Below are positions 56,534 through 64,000 of a DNA stretch of 64,000 bases, in pieces; position 1 is the stretch's first letter, and every line of letters begins with the position of its first letter. The notes below the pieces were generated by a model that saw nothing but the letters and a program-made list of their open reading frames with translations, did not search any database and was not told the origin of the DNA. Origin of the DNA: Mayamaea pseudoterrestris (Eukaryota); the NCBI GenBank assembly GCA_027923505.1, contig BROI01000006.1:372001-436000 (forward strand), in the 5' to 3' direction. A program made the position numbers and the translations under genes.

Positions 56534-58298
56534 ATGACGATGAGTCTCCTCGTTCCAACCAATAGCATCAAGAAGCGGTCGCAGCCGACAGACTTAAATG
56601 AGTCCATACATAGAAATGAGCCGCAAGGCAAAAAGAGCAAGAAACGATTGCAGCAGGAAGCTCGGGAACTGGCTGAGGAGGAACGGCTCGAGGCTTTGCT
56701 GTTTGGCGGCGGCGGAAAAACAACGTCTTTGCTTTCAAGTGATGCTGCAACAGCGCCAAAGCAGACTCGAGTCACAGAGGAACCTGCAGCTCTATTTGAG
56801 ATTGATCGAGCTGGTAACGAAATTTTAGATGTTACGGTAGATGACAACGTCGTCAACCAAGGACAAACGAACAATGAAACGACTGATGGGCGCGCCTGGG
56901 TTGATGTAGATGATGACTTGGTAGTCGATTTGATGCAAACTAGCCGGCTGAGAAAGTTGCGAACGTCGCGCGAGGAAGCAGCTGCTTCGGCGTTGCCCGT
57001 GGTAGAGTTTGAGTCGCGTCTGCGAAAGCGCTACGAGGAAACGGCGCAACTTGCTGCTCACACCGACTGGGCCCGTATTGACGTTGACAAAACTGATGCG
57101 GCATTTACCGACGACAAGGACGAGACTCTTGCTTTGTCAACATCGGCTCCATTCCTCTTGCATGCATCGGCAAAGTCGTCAAGCTTGCCGGCCAACGTTA
57201 TTGGCATGGTGCGTTGCAGCGACGCTAATGAAACGGATCCATGTCGATCGGTTGTACAGAGCGTACACTTTCATCCAACCTCCAATCCAGAGCAGCCCCT
57301 GATGCTTACTGCTGGTCTTGACAAGATGTTGCGTTTCTTTCAAGTTGGAGCTGATCATAGCGAAAAGGTCCACGGTATACAATGTAAGTGATGGTTGAAC
57401 AGTTCACTGCTATAACGTATCGCGTTTATATACTCCGCCATACTGATTCCATGCTCACTCCCTTGCTTCACTTTCAGTTCCGAAACTGCCAATCTACTCG
57501 GCATCCTTTTTGGGCTCTTCGGGTAATGTTATTGTCAGCGGCCGTCGATCTTTCTTCTACATTTACGATGCTGTCGCTGGCAAGGTAGATTTGGTACCAC
57601 GCATCCTTGGTCGACAAGAGAAAAGCCTGGAAAAGTTTAGCGTATCGCCTGATGGCTCCGTAATTGCATTTTATGGGAATGATGGTTATATCATCCTTGT
57701 CGACGCTCGCACCAAGGAATGGATTGCCGATTTGAAAATGAATGGAAGTGTTCGAGCAGTAACGTTTAGCGCAAACGGTGACTACTTATATGGAAGTGGG
57801 AGCGACGGTCAAGTTTATCAGTGGGAAACTGCCAGTCGACGTTGCATCGATCGATTTAACAATGAGGACGGTACCATTACAAGCTCTATGGCCTGTTCGT
57901 CACAGCACTTGGCTGTCGGCGCGGAGAGTGGAGTCGTCAACGTATATCAATCACAGAAACAGCAAGAAGAACCGCAACAAGAGCTACAGTCAAGTCGACG
58001 CAGCATTTTGAGCAACCGACAGCCAGTCAAGTCAATTATGAATCTGCATACATCATCGGACTTGGTGCGATTTAACGGCGACGGTCAAATTCTGGCCATT
58101 TCATCGCGGCGGGAACGCCAAGCGTTGAAGCTTGTGCACGTTCCGTCCCGAACCGTCTTTTCCAATTGGCCAACGACAAAGACTCCCTTGAACTATGTTT
58201 GGTCGCTCGACTTTTCGCCGCAAAGCAGGTTCATGGCGGTTGGTAACGACAAGGGAAAATGCCTTCTATACCGACTATCTCATTATAACAAGGACTAA
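56534..58298 (+). CDS. UTP18: U3 snoRNA-associated protein 18 (WD40). Exons 56534-57383 and 57478-58298
   Basis: EEERLEALLFG, AWVDVDD, RLRKLR, FESRLRKRY, TAGLDK, F..LPI, SGRR.FFY.YD, SGVVNVY, LKLVHVPSRTVFSNWP, LYRLSHY. Confidence 0.93.
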
Positions 58299-58692
58299 TA
58301 TGCATCCTGATACGTACGAAATTGCGCCATTTTTGTTCAACGCAAGTAAGAGAGGCTCAGGTTACAATTTGTACTCCCAGCGAAAGCATAAATAAAATAG
58401 AAGAGTGACATTTCTGTCCATCTTGCAATTGCTGACTTTCAGATGTATTCCAGTAGCCCTTCTGCTCATTCATGGCAATCGATACGACGTGTTTTGACTG
58501 TTAACACGATGCGCTTTGGCTCTTAGCTTGAGGAGACTAAGGAATATCTATCAAACTACTTGTCGGGGATCGGGGACACACTTCCTTATTTCTTATGAGG
58601 GCAGGGCCGCTGGCACTCAAATCGATGCATTCCCAGAAAGATTTATAATGGAATAAGAGTGGTTAAATTTGATTTATATCATTGCTTACAAT

Positions 58693-59181
58693 TTACTCAT
58701 CACCTTCTCCAATATTACGTGTGTAAATTTGCTGTGCTCGGGAAAGAAGAACGGGGCGAATCTTTCCCTCCTCTGCCAAGTCGCGAAGCGCTCGTCTCGC
58801 AAGACCTCCCGAAACCTTGAGCTTCTCGACAACGGCTGAGACAGTGATAAGCTTCATCTTTGGGACTTCGGCATGTAGGCGATCGAATTGCTCCTTGGTC
58901 ATGAGCACCTTGTTGTCAACCTTGTCGCGGCTCTTTCCCTTGGACCACTTCTTCTTCTTGCCCTTGCCTCCCGCCATGGCGGCAGCCATCTTTTGCTCCT
59001 TACTCTTCTGCTGAACTTTCGGCGGCTGTCATTGCAAATCGGATTGCGAAATATTAGAGGAAAGGGTTGTGATGAGCAATTGATGGAAGGTCATTGAAGC
59101 ATGCTGCGATGCCTTGCAAAACCTTAAATCTCGTTCCAATTATTATCGTAAAGCCGCTATACCAATCTATTGACATACCAT
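58693..59181 (-). CDS. RPS25: 40S ribosomal protein S25 (eS25). Exons 59181-59179 (ATG only) and 59025-58693
   Basis: ATG|GTATGT...ACAG|CCG CCG AAA gives MPPK; KKKKWSKGKSRDKVDNKVL, KLITVS.V.EKLKV.GGLARRAL, QIYTR. Confidence 0.96.
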
Positions 59182-60094
59182 GATGAATTACTTTGTCGCA
59201 AACTACTATACTAAAGACGGACAACCAAACGCGGATCGTCGCAGTGCTTGCATGATTGCTCTCATGGTCGCCGCAACGTTCAAGTAACGCGGTAAGCAGT
59301 ACCGGTAAGATCTCGCTCCGACGCATTTCAATTACTCCGTTAAGCACGGCCGCCGATCACAAAGCTGTGATTCAGAAGACCACGTAAACCAATGCTGCGT
59401 GGAGCTTCAACCATGTGGCGTGGCACGATGGGCGGGACAATATCGACCCAAAGTGTCTCGCCAGATGTTGTGAGTCAGTACCGCATTTTGGTATGGCCCG
59501 CGAAGGAACAGCTTTCATAGGCTTGTGGCGCGGCGCAAAGTGTCATGGAATCCTCGGATGTGGCGCAAGCATTGGTGCAGCAGGCATGGCAATGGCGTCA
59601 TGGAAGCGCATGTTTAACGCCACGGCAGCATTGACAGAATGCACGAGTGCTTTGCTGACTTGACCGATGGACTCATCCGTGTCATTGATAGAATGTCTCA
59701 AGTGTGAGGGACTGTTTGGCTCGTCTGCCGCGCTCGACCGATGTAGTGCACAATGGCCCGTGCCAGCTACTTATCGTAGGACGAATGGTCAGTCTCAGCC
59801 AGTTAAAAGACAGGAAAGGAAAGAAATCTTGTCAGGCTGTTCAACTTAGACATTCATAAGCATGTCAGGCTTAAAAACGGAAGCATGTATGACTGCACAG
59901 AAGCTAATTCTGCGCTGGCTCATAGTTATTGGAGGGGCACGGAGTCAAAAAGACTGCGCAGCCATTTTGTCGATCGGCGGAAACACCTGCACGGACGGCT
60001 GCGCGCTCGATCCAAGTTTCTCGCACCGTGCACACAAATTTTTGGCCGATCATTGATTCAACACGAAAAACAATTCCTCGTCCGCTCCATTGCC

Positions 60095-61045
60095 ATGAAC
60101 TATCTCCAATCTCCCTTTCCGCAAGGACATCTTCTCTACAATGGCTACACAGTCTTGGATCCGAAGAATTACGTCGTCCCGGGGCAACTTCCGCTCTTCA
60201 GTTTGGCCTTCTACAATGGATCACACATGCAGCAACATCAAGGATCGGAACAGTTTCAAGATTGCCATCCCCTCCAGCCAGTTTCGTCTACTTTTGACGA
60301 GTTCAAAGACATGACTCTCAAAGATATCCTCGACTTTTCGGAAGACTTGTTGCTGGAGAATGAGGAACCGGCTGACGAAGACGATCCTCTCATGACGACG
60401 CCCATCCTCGAGACTCCTTTCTTTGCACCGCCACCAATCCTTTCCAGCGCCATTTCGAGGGATATCGTCCATCCCATTTCGCCATCCAACAGCATCACTG
60501 CTGACGAGCTGGAGGAGCACACCAAGAAACGTCGCCGCGGAAGCAACGAATCCGCCAGCACTCCTCGCTTTCGAGAGTATCAAGCCGGACAATGGACGAG
60601 CATGTTTGAAGCTCTCCTCGCCTACAAGGAGCAGCATGGCGATGTATTGGTTCCCTACACCTACAAGGAGAACCGTGCACTGGCGCGCTGGGTCAAACGA
60701 CAGAGGTACCAGCGTCGGTTGTTTCTGCAGGGCCAGCCGTCCACCATGACGGCGGATCGCGCCGCAGCGCTCGACGCCATTGGATTCTGCTGGGACTTTC
60801 AGTCGTCCAACTGGCTGGATCGACTGGAGGAGCTCAAGGACTTCAAGCGCGAGACGGGGCACTGCAACGTTCCATCCCTCTATCCCGAGAACCCGACTCT
60901 AGCGACGTGGGTGAAATGCCAACGAAGGCAGCACACGCTTCGATTGCAGGGCAAGCCGCACAACATTACGCCGCAGCGCATCGCGGAACTTGATCGGCTC
61001 GGCTTCACCTGGGAGATTCGATGCGCCAAGAAGCAACGAGTTTAA
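60095..61045 (+). CDS. Helicase-associated (HA) domain protein with two HA repeats
   Basis: W..MF..L..YK..HG...VP..Y..N..LARWVKRQR...LDAIGF.W and W..RLEEL..FK..TGHCNVP..Y..N..LATWVKCQR...LDRLGF.W. Start codon uncertain. Confidence 0.88.
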   Translation: MNYLQSPFPQGHLLYNGYTVLDPKNYVVPGQLPLFSLAFYNGSHMQQHQGSEQFQDCHPLQPVSSTFDEFKDMTLKDILDFSEDLLLENEEPADEDDPLMTTPILETPFFAPPPILSSAISRDIVHPISPSNSITADELEEHTKKRRRGSNESASTPRFREYQAGQWTSMFEALLAYKEQHGDVLVPYTYKENRALARWVKRQRYQRRLFLQGQPSTMTADRAAALDAIGFCWDFQSSNWLDRLEELKDFKRETGHCNVPSLYPENPTLATWVKCQRRQHTLRLQGKPHNITPQRIAELDRLGFTWEIRCAKKQRV

Positions 61046-62840
61046 AGTATGATGAAGGACAACACAAGACACAGCAACTACTACTGTTTGACGCGCCTAG
61101 TTGCTTTGGCGAAAGGTTGGAGGAAGCGGTTTGACGCGCACCACCAACTCTCAAGCCAGGCCAGGCCCGCACACTTCACTTGCCCCTATAGCACACTGAC
61201 TTAATTCATCTAATCATTCTAAACACTCTCTCATTGCTTTAGTCTAGTTAAAACACAATTAGTCTCGCTGTAGAGGCTCGAGCTACGCAGCCTCCCGCGG
61301 CGCTACGTGGAGCGCGCGGAGAAACGCGCACCGCGACGGCGCGCCTCGATGCGCCGATATGTTGGCACGATTGAACATGACACGATGAATGGATAGCGAA
61401 TGAATGGAGTATTCAGGAAATGTTTGGCGCGTCTATTTTGTCACTCTGCATAGGGAATGTCGGGCCATTCTCGTGAAAGCATTTCGTTCATTCACACTTG
61501 ATGTGCCATAATCATTGTTTTATCTTCGTGTCTATGCACAACGCCGGAGTCAATATGTATCTTTATGCACGAAGCGAGTGTCGATATCTACGCATGGCGC
61601 TGAAGACTGCACTGCAGCTTCAAAAGCCTTTCTGTTTTTGTCAACTCCAATCAGTGCCTTGCTTTAACAAAGCTCGAATGAATCGTGAGAAGTTTGACAT
61701 TTACTTCGCTGCGGCAAGCATTTCGGTTGTCTTGCAAAAAGTCGATTGTATAACGGTTTAAGCTTTCTTTTCAAGCATACAGAAGAGTAAAAGTTTCTGC
61801 TATCTCTTTCGGTAATATCGGTAGTTATCGTAAACTCAGCGTTTGAAACATGACAAGCATTGTAGTCAGGTTTCAACCCCCAGCTGTCATCACGAGAGAT
61901 TGCATAATCTGCACAAACGCACTTGGTTAAGCCCAGTGTCTAGTGTGCTGTTCGGGTGATGGTTTATAGTGAACTCGACCGCGTTATAGAAGAGGTTCGA
62001 AGCTTCGTCGTGAGACGTCGCTTCTTGTCGGGCAACTTTCACCTTCCGCCCGTCAAGCGAAAGGATGATCGAGACGAGAATTAGCGTCGTTTCGCGACTC
62101 CCGTGACATCAACTCATGACACTTGTTTCGACAGCGTTCATTCGGAATGACTCAAATGCGAACTGTGTGTCATCGACGCCATTGTGTTGAGTAACCTTTC
62201 ACGCACGACTCATCAATCACGTCAAACTGCAAATTGTGTCAGGAGTCGAGTGAAGTGTTCGGGTGAAATGTCAATGTGCAAGTTCCGATCCGGAAGGTTG
62301 CATGTCATTGGCGCGTCATGGCGAGGCCGGCGCGGCGTTCCGTTCTGTAGACTTGCGTAGCGCCAGTACTCGACGTCATGGATTTCGCGCGAACATTCTG
62401 TTCGTCACCTGCTTGGCGAGTCTTGACTCACTTCTTCTTATATCGATCGCCAGCTGTCTCCTCGCTTCATCGAACGACACGATCAAGTTACACATTAAGA
62501 GGTACGCTAATGCTTATGTTGCCGTATTGCAAGGCGTTGTTTGCTTTCTTGTGGGGACTGGACCTTGTGGCTTTTGGTCTTGGTTGTTGTTTCGTGATTC
62601 CCGATGGAGTGATGGATGATGTAATGCTCTGCGTCGAATTCTGCGGAAAAGCGACGCCACGGCAGCATGGAGACACCAAGTCTTCTCATTAGAACATGTT
62701 GTTGTTGATTGTCCAAACTCCTCGCAAAAACTCAGCTCTCTACTTTTCTCTTTCCTCGTGCATCCCCAGTCTCATTGATTCTCCCCCGCACTGGACCTCA
62801 TTCATTCCACACCTCATCACTCGAAAACCACGAAACGACA

Positions 62841-64000
62841 ATGACACCTCAACGTCTTCCTACCATTACTCTGGCCATACTTACTCTACTAACGGTGGTT
62901 GAAAGCTTCCAGTTCCACCCTCTTCAAGACCCAAACGTCATGAAGCCCTTTTCCGTTAAGGATGATGTCAAGAAGGTGATTGATGAGGTTTCGAAGGGAA
63001 GCGACACTCCACTGGCGAGCAAAACGCTTACGGACATTCATAAAGTCACTACTACCATCGTCAAGCCTTTGGACTCGCGACATGCGATGGATCGTAAGAA
63101 ATGGGGAGTTGACAAGGACTACTCAAACGAATACTGGCTCGACAAGCGAATCCATACGTTGGGCAATGTTGGTTTTGGAGGTGCGTTTCACGCGGCGGTG
63201 GCACCTTTGAGCACAAAGTTGATTGACTTGGCGGCGTATGACGGCAAAGACATTCGTCAAGAAGTAAGTTTAAATGAGTGAGCGACTACTGCATGTGTGA
63301 AGTAGCGCAGCGAGTCATGTGTCATGTAAGCATGGATTTTAAACTAACACTTTTTAACTTTAATAACTACTCAGGTTGCTGAGGAGTTGCGCAAACGAGT
63401 TAGCAAGACGAATGCACGCATCCTTGACCTCTGCTGCGGAGTCGGAATCTCGACGCGGTCGCTTAAGAAAGCCTTTCCTCACGCCGAGACTGTCATTGGC
63501 ATTGATTCGTCGCCAGAAATGGTTTCGATGGCAAGCTTTCTCTCCAAGCATTTGGATTACTTCCAGCCTTTGTATGAAAAGTGGACTGGTCTGAGTCCGA
63601 ATGCTGCGAGGGCCATGCCGACACTGGTCAAGGCAGCCTCAAAGTCTATCAGCGTACCTCTCGATGCAGCTCGCGCCTATTTTATGCAAGGCAATGCCGA
63701 AGATACGCAGCTTCAAACCAAGTCATTTGATATTGTTACTATCATGTACGCTTTCCATGAAGCTCCCGAGGCTGGACGTCAACGTATGCTTCAAGAAGCC
63801 CGTCGTCTCTTGGCTCCAGGAGGTACGTTGGCGATTGTCGATATATCGCACGACTATGTTCCGTCGGAGAGCATGTTGGCGGGCGAGCCGTACATTTTAG
63901 AGTACCAGCAGAACATTCACAGTCAGCTGCAACGCCTCCGAGGCTTTTGCCACCAGTCGCCGTCGTACAAGACGCTTGTTCCAGGACGTGCTGGAGTTTG
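62841..64000 (+). CDS. Class I SAM-dependent methyltransferase (UbiE-like) with bipartite targeting signal. Exons 62841-63263 and 63375->64000; runs off the window
   Basis: Signal + VES-FQF; YWLDKRIHTLGN.G..G; RILDLCCGVGIST, GIDSSPEM, GNAEDT, SFDIVTIMYAFHEAP, EARRLLAPGG. Confidence 0.85.

Noticed and set aside
59026..59178. RPS25 intron as a snoRNA host
   Set aside because: No convincing C/D boxes or H/ACA architecture on the sense strand.
61930..62010. GGTTCGA T-loop-like string suggesting a tRNA
   Set aside because: No acceptor, D or anticodon stems can be built.

Overview
Eukaryotic nuclear DNA, almost certainly a diatom (probably pennate). It is gene-dense, with short GT-AG introns (mostly ~75-175 nt), bipartite plastid-targeting signals (ASAFAP-like SNA-WQP, CQA-FVP, AHS-FTF, VES-FQF), a nuclear chlH and an HA-domain protein. 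About 28 protein-coding genes can be reconstructed, many by splicing ORF fragments. Core genes: BEACH/WD40 protein, POLA2, VPS45, NMT, RPS29, RPS25, G-alpha, sterol delta-7 reductase, chlH, fibrillin, plastid DnaJ, UTP18 and a SAM methyltransferase. Several glycosyltransferase-like genes are present; one is truncated and one is a pseudogene. The most unusual signals are domain fusions and motif changes: (1) a bacterial-type DUF1244 domain spliced onto a MogA/Cnx1G molybdopterin adenylyltransferase, head-to-head with (2) a TPR-clamp/prefoldin-1 fusion; (3) a mitochondrial CBS + PTC7-type phosphatase; (4) an RPS29 lacking three of four zinc cysteines; (5) a G-alpha with Gln at the switch-I Gly whose mutation confers RGS insensitivity; (6) a Dicer/RIG-I-type helicase ending in a dsRBD with no downstream RNase III; (7) a FABP-like protein; (8) local tandem duplications of gene 3' ends. 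No tRNA, rRNA, CRISPR array or recognisable transposon was found. All family calls come from motif recognition by eye, not database searches.
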